A stretch of 64,000 nt of DNA from an uncultured Bacteroidia bacterium (GCA_964493765.1 CAZBPK010000146.1:200-64199); one strand, 5' to 3'; counted from the first letter of the stretch, positions 28,901-39,278 are shown. Notes: generated from the letters alone by a model not told the origin. Numbers and translations: made by a program.

Positions 28901-30680
28901 AGTTTTTAGAAATAGCATTGTTAATAATAATACATTTACTGCTGGTGCAGCAACTTTTGACACTAACGACCAATCCATAAGTGGTAATACTTTTAATTTC
29001 TCAGGTCAAATTACGGTTACTGACATAAATCTTACTAACCAAACCACAGTGAATCATACATCTACAGCCGCTGCATCTCTAACAGGTACAGGAACTTGGA
29101 CGCAAGCCGCAAATTCTACTTATAATACTACCGCTTCTACTATCACTATCAATGCAATGAACGCTTCGGCAAGCAATAATACGGTAAATTATAATAGAAA
29201 TAACACACAAACAATATTCCACCCCGTTAATGGAGAATATTTTCATTTAATTCTTTCTAACACATCTGGAAAAACCGCTTCTGCTGGTACAAAAATTATT
29301 TTAGGCAATTTAACGATTAGTGGAACTGCACAACTTAACGTATCTACTAATAACGTTGATTTAGAAATTAGAGGCGATTGGACAAATTCAAGCAATAATG
29401 CTGATGCATTTGTAGAAGGAACTCGTACTGTTACATTTAATGGCTCATCTGCTCAAACTATTTCTAATACAGCAAATCAATCTGGAACTGATTTTTATAA
29501 TCTGGTTATTAATAACTCTTCTTCTACCGGAGTAATTGTTTCGGGTAATGCTGGCTTACATACCCGTATCGTTGCAAATGGAACTTTAACCTTAACCAAT
29601 GGTTATGTTTATACAAACTCTAATAATATGATTGTGGTACTTAACAATGGTGGTTCTACTGGTGGTAGTATCAATAGTTTTGTAAATGGTCCTATTAGAA
29701 AAATTGGTAATCAGGCATTTATATTCCCAACAGGGCAAGATGTTTTACCGATGGGTAAAGGACCCGAAGATGTTTGGGCGAGAATAGGTATTTCAGCCCC
29801 TACTAATAATAATACCCAGTTTACTGCCCAGTACTTCTTTACATCTTATGGCGATATGACCAAAGATGCTACTTTAACTCACGTTTCATTCCATGAATAT
29901 TGGACATTAGACAGAGCAGTTACTACTAATGCCGTTCAAGTTACTTTATATTACGAAAGTGCAACTCGTAGTTTTATTACAGATTACACTTCTGGTGATT
30001 TAGTGGTCGCAAGATATACAGCAGGTAATTTCTGGACTTCAGAAGGTCAGTCTGCTAGAAGCAATTCTGATCCAGGTTGGATAACTTCTAATACCGTTAC
30101 AAATTTTAGTCCTTTCACTTTTGGTTCTATTACTGGCGGCAATCCTTTCCCCGTTGAATTAGCGAATTTTTCTGCAAATGCTTTATCTAATAAAGTTCAA
30201 TTAGATTGGACAACCGCTTCTGAAATTAATACAGATTATTTCCAAGTTGAAAAATCTATTGATGGAATCAATTTTGAAAAAGTATTTACTCAAAAAGCCG
30301 CTGGAAATTCTAACATGGCTTTAGATTATCAAGGTTTTGACTATGAGCCATTTAAAGGTATTTCTTACTATCGTTTAAAAACTGTTGATCTTGATGGTAA
30401 GTATGTTTATAGTAATGTTGTAGCTGTAAACTTTCAAAGTGCATTTGCAATTTCTGTTTATCCTAACCCAACGAAAGATCACTTAAATGTTCAATTGTCT
30501 GAAAATTCCAATGAAATACATATTTCAATTTTTGATTTAACTGGAAGATTGGTTTTTGAAGATCACAAACAATATACTAACAAAGTTGAGATTAATACTC
30601 AAAATTGGACTCCCGGTATGTATATTGCTAAAGTTAAAACCCAAAGTGGTGAATTCTCCAAGAAGATTGTAAAAGAGTAA
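25934..30680 (+). pseudogene. ~1576-aa T9SS-secreted repetitive adhesin-like protein, split into two ORFs (25934-27199 and 27141-30680) by a 16-nt tandem duplication
   Basis: ORF1 ends ...FIFTHNNVYS* and the ORF2 frame contains FTHNNVNARAFF. Removing one 16-nt copy gives a single frame of 4731 nt. Signal peptide MNKFLLLLVLSLVIFTKSVIHAQ. The C-terminus VYPNPTKDHLNVQL...GMYIAKVKTQSGEFSKKIVKE is a T9SS type-A sorting domain. Confidence 0.8.
27175..27206 (+). repeat. perfect 16-nt tandem duplication (TACTCATAATAACGTT x2)
   Basis: 27175-27190 is identical to 27191-27206. It creates the stop at 27197-27199. Confidence 0.95.
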
Positions 30681-30701
30681 TTTCAAGAAATTCTAAAGAA
30701 T

Positions 30702-30724
30702 AGGGCAGCCAAAAAGGTTGCCCT
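30702..30724 (+). terminator. probable rho-independent terminator
   Basis: AGGGCAGCC-aaaaa-GGTTGCCCT (one G-U pair), 22 nt after the adhesin stop, followed by AAATTTTT. Confidence 0.55.
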
Positions 30725-30749
30725 AAATTTTTATACAAAAAACTCTAAA

Positions 30750-31313
30750 ATGAAAATTTTCTATAATTTGCATCCTAAAATTCCCAGTGTTATGAAATTA
30801 TATTTAAAGTTATTATTTTCAGTTTTATTGATGATTTACTCAAATCATGTTTTTTGCAATAATGTACCTATTTTGAAATCAAACCAAGAGAATATTACCA
30901 ACTCTTCAAAGAAAAGTTTAAAAATTAAAAGAAAGAAACTTGAAAAAGCAAATAGGCATAAATACTATTTATGGGTTTCTATTTTATCATTAGTACTTAT
31001 AGGTGGAATTTTTGTATTTATTAATTTTTACCCAAATTTGAGTATGGCATGGGCAATTTCTGGAGTTTTATTGATCATTTTACTTTTAATAAATGCAATA
31101 AGTTTTTTGATATTTTTTTTAGTTTTTAAAAATAAAAAATGGAGCCTAAATAAGAAAAAAATTATCGCATTGATAAGTCAGATTTTACTGGGTTTGTTAA
31201 TTGTTTGGGTTTTTAATTCAAATATTACATTATTGTTATTTTTAGTAAGCCTACCTACTTTAATGTCTTTGATTTTAACCATTTCTTTAATTTTCAATAA
31301 AAGAAATGGTTAA
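30750..31313 (+). CDS. small polytopic membrane protein of unknown function
   Basis: A signal-like segment and four hydrophobic segments. The alternative ATG at 30792 gives MKLYLKLLFSVLL. Confidence 0.4.
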   Translation: MKIFYNLHPKIPSVMKLYLKLLFSVLLMIYSNHVFCNNVPILKSNQENITNSSKKSLKIKRKKLEKANRHKYYLWVSILSLVLIGGIFVFINFYPNLSMAWAISGVLLIILLLINAISFLIFFLVFKNKKWSLNKKKIIALISQILLGLLIVWVFNSNITLLLFLVSLPTLMSLILTISLIFNKRNG

Positions 31314-31363
31314 ATTTTCTTTGATTTGCGATTTAAGATCCCTTCGTATTTTTTAGAAGGATT

Positions 31364-33571
31364 TTAATCATTTTTCAAAATTTTAAATATCATTAACTGC
31401 TCATTTGCATGAACTTTCAATATGTAAAATCCTGATTGATAATTTTGAAGATATATATCTGTATTATATTGATTAACAAATTCTTGAAGTATTAACTGTC
31501 CTTGGATATTATAAATTTGATAGTTAAAATTAGGGGCATTGGTTTGGATCCTCAATATGGAGTTTGTAGGATTAGGAAATATTTTACAATCTAAATGAAA
31601 GGGAACATTGGCAATTTGAGAGGTTGTGAAACCTTGTGGAATTCTATATAAATAAACCCCCCCTTTGGTATTACCTACAAAAATAGAAACACTATCTGAG
31701 GGTTGAAATTTAACAAAATAGGGATTTACAGACTCTGAAATTCTTTCACCAAATAAAATACCTTTATTTATAAAACTTGCAGTATCATTAGGTTCATAGA
31801 TATGAATTTCACCTTGATAGTTTCCAACTAGTAGTTCAAAAATTCCATCTTGGTTATAATCAAACCAAAAAGGTTTCGCATTAGCAACAAAAGGGTTAAA
31901 AAAGTCTGAAACATCAATTCCTCCCCAATTATAAATAGGGTTTGCCCAAATAGCAGCATTTGCGTTACCTATATTTTCCACAAAAGTAATTTTTCCATTT
32001 TCTCTTCCAATGATTAAATCTAAATCATTATCGTTATCAATATCCGCAAAATGGGGGAAGCAACCTTTTCCTGTTAAGGTTAAGCCTAAATAATCTGTAG
32101 AAGCTAATTGAAAATTGGCAGAACCAGAATTGGAAATATTTTCCATAAATACGATTTTTCCATCATAATGCCCAACAAACAAATCTTGGTCTCCATCATT
32201 ATCAATATCTGCTAAAGCAGCATAAGGAACTTTTAAGTTATCCAAAGTAGTTAAGTTGTTGAATCCTTTATAATTGGAAGTTACTAATTTAAAAATCGGG
32301 TTAGAGTTGTTTGAAATATTTTCATAAAATCTCCATTCTTTACGTTGAGCATAATTTAATCCCGTCCAAATTGTTTTTTGTTGAGTTAGAATGAGTAAAT
32401 CTAAATCTCCGTCTCTATCTTCATCCCAAATTATAGGTACAGAATGGCTCCCCCCATCAATGGTATGGTCAAAGAAAATATCTTTTTTTTGTAGTTGAAA
32501 GTTAGGAATATTCTGAGAACCATTATTTTTGTAGAAATGAGCCGCTTCGCCCCAATTGAGGACGTAGGTTGGGTTTGAAGGAGAGGGAAAATCAAGCCCA
32601 TTAACAGCTGCTACTAAATCTTTGAGTCCATCTGCATCTATATCCACATGATACAAAGCAGGGAAATAGTGTAAATTAACGGGAGTATTATAATTTGGAA
32701 ATGTTGTATCTTTTTGAGTAAAATGGGCAAATCTACGGGAGCCTCCATTAATCAGTGCAACTGCATTATTAGGTCCGTCATCTGTAAAAAGTAAATCTAT
32801 CAAAGTATCACCATTGAGTTGTAAAGCTAAATAAGCGCCACCGGCGTGCATGGTTTTGTATTCCCCTAAACAAGGCTGGTTTAGTCCCGCTCCTGCATAT
32901 ACATCAGAAATTTCTACAAAATGACCCCAGCACATAGAATGTAGTTCTAATTCAAAATTTCCGCATATAGTAGCAACATTTCTATGAAGTTCCAATCTAC
33001 TCCCTAATCCGTCTTGTGTTAAGATATCAATATCTCCATCAAAATCTATATCTGCAATAGCTGGAATATCGCCCGATGTTAATTGATATCCATTGGTTTG
33101 TCCTACATTTTTAGACCAAATTTCTTGAGGTATATTTTCAAAACTTAAGTATCCATTTTGCAAAGTAGTATTTTTATAAACAACTATTGTTGCTGGATTG
33201 GCTTTTCTCGTAAATATATCCGGTTGATTATCACAATTGTAGTCTAGAATTAACATCCAATTGGAAATTTCTTTTGGAAATACTGAAATATATTCAGGTG
33301 CAAAACGATACTTGACTTCTCCAGGATTTCCATCATGTATAAAAGTTAATAGTTTCTGATCTTTCCTATCAAAAATGATAATATCTTGCCTACCGTCTTG
33401 ATTTAAGTCTAAATTGTTGAAACGAGGATTATCAAAACCTCCAGTCCATGGGAATGCTATAGTATCAATTCCATGAATTACTTTGAAAGAATTGCTAAGT
33501 AACTGGGCAATTGAGTAATTATAAACAAGTAAATAAAAAAAAGCAAGTAAAAAATAATTTCGGGATTTCAT
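31364..33571 (-). CDS. FG-GAP/VCBS-repeat protein with a T9SS C-terminal sorting domain
   Basis: Repeated DxDxDGxxD calcium-binding loops (DIDFDGDIDIL, DEDRDGDLDLL, DIDNDGDQDLFVG, DIDNDNDLDLIIG). The C-terminus is KIFPNPTNSILRIQ...GFYILKVHANEQLMIFKILK. The start is set at 33571 (MKSRNYFLLAFF...AQ), with TATTTTTG 15 nt upstream on the minus strand. Confidence 0.8.
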   Translation of the reverse strand: MKSRNYFLLAFFYLLVYNYSIAQLLSNSFKVIHGIDTIAFPWTGGFDNPRFNNLDLNQDGRQDIIIFDRKDQKLLTFIHDGNPGEVKYRFAPEYISVFPKEISNWMLILDYNCDNQPDIFTRKANPATIVVYKNTTLQNGYLSFENIPQEIWSKNVGQTNGYQLTSGDIPAIADIDFDGDIDILTQDGLGSRLELHRNVATICGNFELELHSMCWGHFVEISDVYAGAGLNQPCLGEYKTMHAGGAYLALQLNGDTLIDLLFTDDGPNNAVALINGGSRRFAHFTQKDTTFPNYNTPVNLHYFPALYHVDIDADGLKDLVAAVNGLDFPSPSNPTYVLNWGEAAHFYKNNGSQNIPNFQLQKKDIFFDHTIDGGSHSVPIIWDEDRDGDLDLLILTQQKTIWTGLNYAQRKEWRFYENISNNSNPIFKLVTSNYKGFNNLTTLDNLKVPYAALADIDNDGDQDLFVGHYDGKIVFMENISNSGSANFQLASTDYLGLTLTGKGCFPHFADIDNDNDLDLIIGRENGKITFVENIGNANAAIWANPIYNWGGIDVSDFFNPFVANAKPFWFDYNQDGIFELLVGNYQGEIHIYEPNDTASFINKGILFGERISESVNPYFVKFQPSDSVSIFVGNTKGGVYLYRIPQGFTTSQIANVPFHLDCKIFPNPTNSILRIQTNAPNFNYQIYNIQGQLILQEFVNQYNTDIYLQNYQSGFYILKVHANEQLMIFKILKND

Positions 33572-33718
33572 TGAAATATTTACACAAAAATAGAAAAAAT
33601 AATTCAAGTTTTTAAAGATATTGTTTTTTTGTTTATAGTTCTACTTATTATCCCAATTGAGTATGAAACTAGAGGATATGCAATAAAAATTTCAAAATAT
33701 AAATTTGATTTTGGTTTT

Positions 33719-33743
33719 ACCACTTTTTACCATTTTACAACAC
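33719..33743 (-). promoter_or_regulatory. distal triple array of GTGGT-like boxes (candidate MraZ operator, inverted orientation)
   Basis: The plus strand reads ACCAC(33719) n5 ACCAT(33729) n5 AACAC(33739). In reverse complement this is GTGTT / ATGGT / GTGGT with exact 10-bp phasing. Confidence 0.45.
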
Positions 33744-33835
33744 TTTTAGTTCATATTTGGGTTACAAGGATTTGATAAATTTATGATAATGATTTTAAAA
33801 TTTGATATTCAATGATTTATAATTTTTCCACAATG

Positions 33836-33867
33836 GTGGGAAAAAGTGGTAAATAGTGGTAACTTTG
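33836..33867 (+). promoter_or_regulatory. proximal triple array of GTGGG/GTGGT boxes overlapping the mraZ -7 promoter box
   Basis: GTGGG(33836) aaaaa GTGGT(33846) aaata GTGGT(33856), with 10-bp phasing. TAACTTTG (33860-33867) matches TAnnTTTG and lies 14 nt before the mraZ ATG. Confidence 0.6.
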
Positions 33868-33880
33868 CCACGTTAGATTG

Positions 33881-34330
33881 ATGAAAAAACCTCTATTTGG
33901 AGAATATGATTGCAAAGTTGATGCAAAAGGAAGATTTTTATTTCCTTCTGTGCTACTTTCTTTTTTCTCTGAAGAGGAACAAAATGAATTTGTTATCAAT
34001 AAAAGTATGGATTCTTGTTTAGTGCTTTATCCTCAAAAAGTTTGGGAACAAGAAATTGAAAAAATTTACTCTAAAAATCAATTTTTAGAGAAGAATAGAG
34101 CCTTTGCAAGAATGTTTCAAAGTGGTGCTCAACCGGTTCATTTAGATAATCAAAAAAGAATTTTAATTCCTAAAAAACTTTTAGAGGCTTCTGAAATTCA
34201 AAATGATATTGTTTTGATTGGTGCTTATGACCGTATTGAAATTTGGTCTAAAGAAAAGTTTGAAAATTGGTTAAATTCTCATCAACAGGATTTTACAACT
34301 TTATCAGAGGAGGTGATGAAAGATGAATAA
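33881..34330 (+). CDS. mraZ: division/cell wall cluster transcriptional regulator MraZ
   Basis: FGEYDCKVDAKGRFLFPS and a second HLDNQKRILIPKKL SpoVT-AbrB repeat. About 150 aa, first gene of the dcw cluster. Confidence 0.93.
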   Translation: MKKPLFGEYDCKVDAKGRFLFPSVLLSFFSEEEQNEFVINKSMDSCLVLYPQKVWEQEIEKIYSKNQFLEKNRAFARMFQSGAQPVHLDNQKRILIPKKLLEASEIQNDIVLIGAYDRIEIWSKEKFENWLNSHQQDFTTLSEEVMKDE

Positions 34331-35228
34331 TGTTTATCATATCCCCGCATTAAAAAATGAATGTATTGATTTTCTTCAAATAAAACCCAATGGTGTTTAT
34401 ATTGATGCCACCTTTGGAGGGGGCGGTCATTCTTTAGCTATTTTAGAACATTTAACTACTGGTAAACTTTTGGGTTTTGACCAAGACATTAATACTCAAA
34501 AAAATATCCCTATAAACCCTCGTTTCCGCTGGATTAACGATAATTTTTCTAATATCACCCATCAAATTCACCATCAAGGAATTGAAAAAGTTGACGGAAT
34601 TCTTGCAGACTTAGGCGTTTCTTTTCATCAATTTGATACTTCTGAAAGAGGCTTTAGTTTTCGTTTTGAAAATGCTGATTTGGATATGAGAATGAATCTC
34701 CATTCCGATTTAACGGCTGCTAAAGTTTTGAATGAGTATTCTGAAGGCATTCTTGCGGATATTTTTTATTATTATGGTGAAATTAAATCTTCCAAAAAAT
34801 TAGCATTTCAGGTTATTCAGTATAGAAAAAATACAAATATTCAGAAAGTTAAGGATTTATTGAATATTTGTTCATATATTTTCCCAGAACATTTAATTAA
34901 AAGTTTTTTGCCTCAAATATTTCAAGCATTAAGAATTGAGGTGAATCAAGAATTAGAACATCTTAAATCTTTTCTTCAACAAACTACTGATTTGCTTAAT
35001 ACGGGTGGTAGATTGGTAATTATTAGTTATCACTCCTTAGAAGACAGAATAGTCAAAAATTTTATGAAATCAGGAAATGTTGAGGGGGTTTTAGAAAAAG
35101 ATTTTTATGGAAACCTTCAAGTTCCTTGGAGACTAATTACAAAAAAACCGATTGTGCCTAGTGATGAAGAAATATTTGAAAATCCAAGGTCTAGAAGTGC
35201 AAAATTAAGAGTAGTAGAAAAAATATAA
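34323..35228 (+). CDS. rsmH: 16S rRNA (cytosine1402-N4)-methyltransferase
   Basis: YHIPALKNE, DATFGGGGHS, DLGVSFHQFD, ISYHSLEDRIVKNF and NPRSRSAKLR. Confidence 0.93.
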   Translation: MNNVYHIPALKNECIDFLQIKPNGVYIDATFGGGGHSLAILEHLTTGKLLGFDQDINTQKNIPINPRFRWINDNFSNITHQIHHQGIEKVDGILADLGVSFHQFDTSERGFSFRFENADLDMRMNLHSDLTAAKVLNEYSEGILADIFYYYGEIKSSKKLAFQVIQYRKNTNIQKVKDLLNICSYIFPEHLIKSFLPQIFQALRIEVNQELEHLKSFLQQTTDLLNTGGRLVIISYHSLEDRIVKNFMKSGNVEGVLEKDFYGNLQVPWRLITKKPIVPSDEEIFENPRSRSAKLRVVEKI

Positions 35229-35256
35229 ATCAAAAAAACAATCAACTAATTTAAAA

Positions 35257-35691
35257 ATGCAAAAAAATAAACCCAAAAATACTTTAAAATCAGAATCAAC
35301 TAATCCCAAAACAACGACTTCGGGGGCATCTGCTTTCAGTAAAAAATATTCTAAGCTGTTAGCAGATTTAGCCTTTGATTTTCAATCATTAAATTGGGTT
35401 AAGGAGAATTTTTATTTTATTATTTTTATTTTTGGAGTAGGGTTAGTTTATATTGCCAACAGCCATTTTGCGGAAAAACAAACCCGTAAAATGGAAGCAT
35501 TAACCAATGAAATCAAAGAACTAAAATCTGAGGCTATGACTATCAATGCACAATTGTGCAGAATGAAAAAACAATCAGAGTTAAGTAAAAATTTAGAAAA
35601 CAAAGGTATTCAAGCATTGAAGGATATACCTTATAAAGTAGTGAACGAAACCCGTAATACCCAACGAACTCCCAAAAAAGAACTTGAATGA
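35257..35691 (+). CDS. ftsL: FtsL-like cell division protein (Bacteroidota type)
   Basis: A single TM (FYFIIFIFGVGLVYIA) followed by a coiled coil, positioned between rsmH and ftsI. Confidence 0.55.
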   Translation: MQKNKPKNTLKSESTNPKTTTSGASAFSKKYSKLLADLAFDFQSLNWVKENFYFIIFIFGVGLVYIANSHFAEKQTRKMEALTNEIKELKSEAMTINAQLCRMKKQSELSKNLENKGIQALKDIPYKVVNETRNTQRTPKKELE

Positions 35692-37808
35692 TAGCTATGG
35701 CAAAAGTAAATGATCGTATATTAAGAAGAATTTATTTGATGTTTGCAGCAGTTCTGCTGTTTAGTTTATTGATTGTACTTCAAATACTAAAAATTCAATG
35801 GATAGAAGGTGATAGATGGGTTGAAAAGCAGGAAAAAGAAAGAGTTTATTTAAAAAATGTATCTGCTACAAGGGGCAGCATTTTAGCTGCTGGAGGTGAA
35901 GTGTTTGCAACTACTCTCCCTTTTTACCGAATTGCTATTGACGCTACTGTATTAAAAGAAAGCAATTTTCCCAATTTTCAAGATAGCCTTTCAATGTTGT
36001 GCAATAAATTAGCACGTTACTTTGGTGATAATAAATTAGATGCACAGTATTTTAAGAATAAAATTTTAGATGCTAAAAAAAATAAAGACCATCACGTTTA
36101 TTTATTTCCCGTAGGGCGAACTTTTAAGTACCAAGAAATGAAACAAATTAAATCGTTTCCGATTTTTAATCATCCCAACAGAAATGTAAGTGGTCTTATC
36201 ATAGAAAAAATTAACAATAAACGATTTTACCCTTATGAAGAGTTAGCTAAAAGTACTTTAGGCATTTTAAAAGACGATACATTGGGAGTTAGAGGCTTAG
36301 AGCATGCTTATAATAGAGAGTTAAGAGGGACAGATGGGTTAATGTTGGTTCAAAAAATTGCTGGTGGTGCAGAAATTCCATTAAGTGATTTTGAAATGCA
36401 AGAACCCAAAGACGGATTTGATGTTCAAACTACTTTGAATGTAGAACTTCAAGATGTAGTCTATACTGCATTAGAAAAAGGGGTTTTGCAAAATGAAGCT
36501 CAAGGAGGAGTTGCTATTTTAATGGAAGTACAAACAGGTAAAATTATTGCTCTTGCAAATTATCCTGAACATTACAACCATGCAATTGGTACACCTATTG
36601 AACCCGGATCTACTTTTAAAATTGCCTCATTAATGGCATTTTTAGAAGATAAGGCTATTGGTTTACAAGATACTATCAACACTTATGGTGGGCAAAAAGA
36701 TTTGTATGGACTAAAAATGAAAGACGAAGCGGCTTACAGCAAATTAACCCTAAAAGAAGCCTTTCAAAAATCCTCTAATATTGCATTTGCTGAAGTATCT
36801 GAAAATTATTACTTAGAGAAACCTCAAAAATTTATTGATAGGCTTTATGAAATTGGTATTTTAAAACATACTGGTTCTCAGATTAAAGGAGAACCCGAAC
36901 CCTATGTTATTAAACCTAATCATAGATTGTGGTCTAAATCCTCTTTGCCTTGGCTTTCTATTGGTTATAATGTTAAACTTACTCCTTTACAAACCTTAAC
37001 CTTTGTCAATGGAATTGCTAACAACGGGAAATTAATTTCTCCTGTATTGGTTTCACAAATTAAAGATGGCTCTAAAGTGATTGAAGAATTTGAATCTCAT
37101 GTTATTGTTCAAAGAATGTGTTCTAAATCTACTCTTCATACCGTTCAAGAATTTATGTTGAGTGTAGTAGAAAATGGAACAGCTAAAGGAATTAAAGATA
37201 CTGTCTATAAAATTGCTGGAAAAACCGGTACTGTCCAAAAATATATTGATGGTAAATATCAAAAGAAGTATCGTTCTTCTTTTGTAGGGTATTTTCCTGC
37301 CGATAATCCTAAGTACTCTTGTTATGTGATGATTGATGAACCTGAAAAAGGGGAATACTATGGTTCTCGGGTTGCTGCTCCAGTATTTAAAGAAATAGCA
37401 GATTATATTTTTTATAGAGATTTAGAAATTCATCAAAACCGTATAAAATCCAATAAATTTGCCTCTCAACAAAAACCTTATAACCGTATCACCCATCGTG
37501 AAGATATTTTAAAACTCTATTCTTTATTAAACATTCCCGTTCCTGAAGATTTACAAGTAGAAACTGAGTATGTAAGAACTCATAATAAAGGAAAGTTTGT
37601 GGCGATTGATGACTTTAAATTATCAGGCAAATATGTTCCAAACGTAAAAGGAATGACAGCTAAAGATGCAGTTCCATTATTAGAAAATATGGGTTTTTGG
37701 GTAAAATTACATGGTAGTGGGAGAGTCAAATATCAATCTATTGCACCCGGAGAACCGATTACACACGACCCTAGAAAAAAACAATTTATTTCCTTAACAC
37801 TTGAATAA
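35688..37808 (+). CDS. ftsI: class B penicillin-binding protein (FtsI/PBP3-like) with a C-terminal PASTA domain
   Basis: N-terminal TM, dimerisation domain, STFK (SxxK), SSN, KTGT, and the C-terminal VPNVKGMTAKDAVPLLENMGFWVKLHGSG. Confidence 0.88.
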   Translation: MIAMAKVNDRILRRIYLMFAAVLLFSLLIVLQILKIQWIEGDRWVEKQEKERVYLKNVSATRGSILAAGGEVFATTLPFYRIAIDATVLKESNFPNFQDSLSMLCNKLARYFGDNKLDAQYFKNKILDAKKNKDHHVYLFPVGRTFKYQEMKQIKSFPIFNHPNRNVSGLIIEKINNKRFYPYEELAKSTLGILKDDTLGVRGLEHAYNRELRGTDGLMLVQKIAGGAEIPLSDFEMQEPKDGFDVQTTLNVELQDVVYTALEKGVLQNEAQGGVAILMEVQTGKIIALANYPEHYNHAIGTPIEPGSTFKIASLMAFLEDKAIGLQDTINTYGGQKDLYGLKMKDEAAYSKLTLKEAFQKSSNIAFAEVSENYYLEKPQKFIDRLYEIGILKHTGSQIKGEPEPYVIKPNHRLWSKSSLPWLSIGYNVKLTPLQTLTFVNGIANNGKLISPVLVSQIKDGSKVIEEFESHVIVQRMCSKSTLHTVQEFMLSVVENGTAKGIKDTVYKIAGKTGTVQKYIDGKYQKKYRSSFVGYFPADNPKYSCYVMIDEPEKGEYYGSRVAAPVFKEIADYIFYRDLEIHQNRIKSNKFASQQKPYNRITHREDILKLYSLLNIPVPEDLQVETEYVRTHNKGKFVAIDDFKLSGKYVPNVKGMTAKDAVPLLENMGFWVKLHGSGRVKYQSIAPGEPITHDPRKKQFISLTLE

Positions 37809-37814
37809 TCATTT

Positions 37815-39275
37815 ATGAAGCAACTCAAAGATTTATTATACAAAGTCCATCTTAAAGAACTATACGGGGAAACTACCGTAATCCCTAATGATTTTCATTT
37901 TGATTCTCGTAAAGTTAAAAAAGGTGATTTATTTATTGCAATAAAAGGTACTCAAACTGATGGGCATAAATATATTTTTAAAGCTATTGAACAAGGTGCA
38001 ATAGCAATTGTTTGTGAGGATTTACCAAAAGATTTTGTTAAATATCCTCTTATTCAGTGGGTTGTAACTAGTAATAGTCATGAAGCTTTAGGAATCATTG
38101 CTTCTAATTATTATGATAACCCCTCTGAAAAATTAAAAGTGGTAGGAGTAACAGGCACGAATGGTAAAACCACCGTTGCTACCTTGCTTTATAAATTATT
38201 TACAGACTTAGGTTTTCCTTGTGGCTTAGTTTCAACGGTAGAAAATCGTATTAACGAAAGTGTTATTCCTGCAAATTTAACTACACCAGATGCAAAATAT
38301 CTACAAAACTTATTTCATTTGATGGAACAAGCTGGTTGTGAATATTGCTTTATGGAAGTAAGTTCTATTGCTGTTCATCAACATAGAATTTCAGGCACTT
38401 TTTTTACAGGTGGAATTTTTACGAATATTACCCATGACCATTTAGATTATCACGGAACTTTTGATAATTATTTAAAATGTAAACAAGCATTTTTTACATT
38501 TCTTCCTTCTAAAGCTTTTGCTATTAGTAATTTAGATGATAAGAATGGGGAAATAATGCTTCAAAATTCAAATGCAAAAAGAATTTATTACGCTTTAAAT
38601 CGTTTAGCTCATTACAATGCAAAAATTGTAGAAAATACCTTAGAAGGTTTACATTTAATTATTGATAGTAGAGAACTTTGGGTTCCTTTGGTAGGTAAAT
38701 TTAATGCATATAATTTATTAGCAGTTTATACTGCTGCGAAGCAATTAGGAGTTCCCTCTGATGAAATTTTAAAAAAGTTAAGTTTAATTTCTTCTGTAAA
38801 AGGACGTTTTCAAATTTATAAACATCCTAATCAACCCAAATTTGCTATCATTGATTATGCTCATACTCCAGATGCTTTAAAAAATGTTTTAGAAACTTTG
38901 AATGATATGAAAATCAATAATTTAATTGTAGTTTTTGGCTGTGGTGGTAATCGAGATAAAGAAAAAAGACCCCTAATGGGAAAAATTGCATCGGAATTAG
39001 CGGATAAAGTGATTCTTACCTCAGACAACCCCAGAAATGAAGACCCCAAAAAAATTATTGAAGATATTCAAAAAGGTATTTCTAAAGAAAATTTAAGTAA
39101 AGTTACAACCTTGGTGGATAGAGAAGAAGCTATTGCAGCAGCCTTAAAATTTGCACAAAATCATGATGTAGTTTTAATTGCAGGTAAAGGACACGAAGAT
39201 TATCAAGAAATCAATGATTTGAAACTCCCCTTTGATGACAGCGTTTTGGTTCAAAAAATTTTTAATCAAATCTAA
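37815..39275 (+). CDS. murE: UDP-N-acetylmuramoyl-L-alanyl-D-glutamate--2,6-diaminopimelate ligase
   Basis: GVTGTNGKTT P-loop, NITHDHLDYHG, and DNPRNEDP followed by GKGHE. Confidence 0.92.
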   Translation: MKQLKDLLYKVHLKELYGETTVIPNDFHFDSRKVKKGDLFIAIKGTQTDGHKYIFKAIEQGAIAIVCEDLPKDFVKYPLIQWVVTSNSHEALGIIASNYYDNPSEKLKVVGVTGTNGKTTVATLLYKLFTDLGFPCGLVSTVENRINESVIPANLTTPDAKYLQNLFHLMEQAGCEYCFMEVSSIAVHQHRISGTFFTGGIFTNITHDHLDYHGTFDNYLKCKQAFFTFLPSKAFAISNLDDKNGEIMLQNSNAKRIYYALNRLAHYNAKIVENTLEGLHLIIDSRELWVPLVGKFNAYNLLAVYTAAKQLGVPSDEILKKLSLISSVKGRFQIYKHPNQPKFAIIDYAHTPDALKNVLETLNDMKINNLIVVFGCGGNRDKEKRPLMGKIASELADKVILTSDNPRNEDPKKIIEDIQKGISKENLSKVTTLVDREEAIAAALKFAQNHDVVLIAGKGHEDYQEINDLKLPFDDSVLVQKIFNQI

Positions 39276-39278
39276 TTT

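Noticed and set aside
26128-28978. Antisense ORFs 26128-26523, 27851-28156 and 28514-28978 inside the adhesin gene
   Set aside because: The low-complexity N/T/G-rich coding sequence leaves the opposite strand stop-free. The products are V/P/L-rich with no start context or promoter box.
33817-33999. 60-aa minus-strand ORF overlapping the mraZ promoter and 5' end
   Set aside because: It overlaps mraZ in antisense and the operator region. It has no signal or motif and is most likely spurious.
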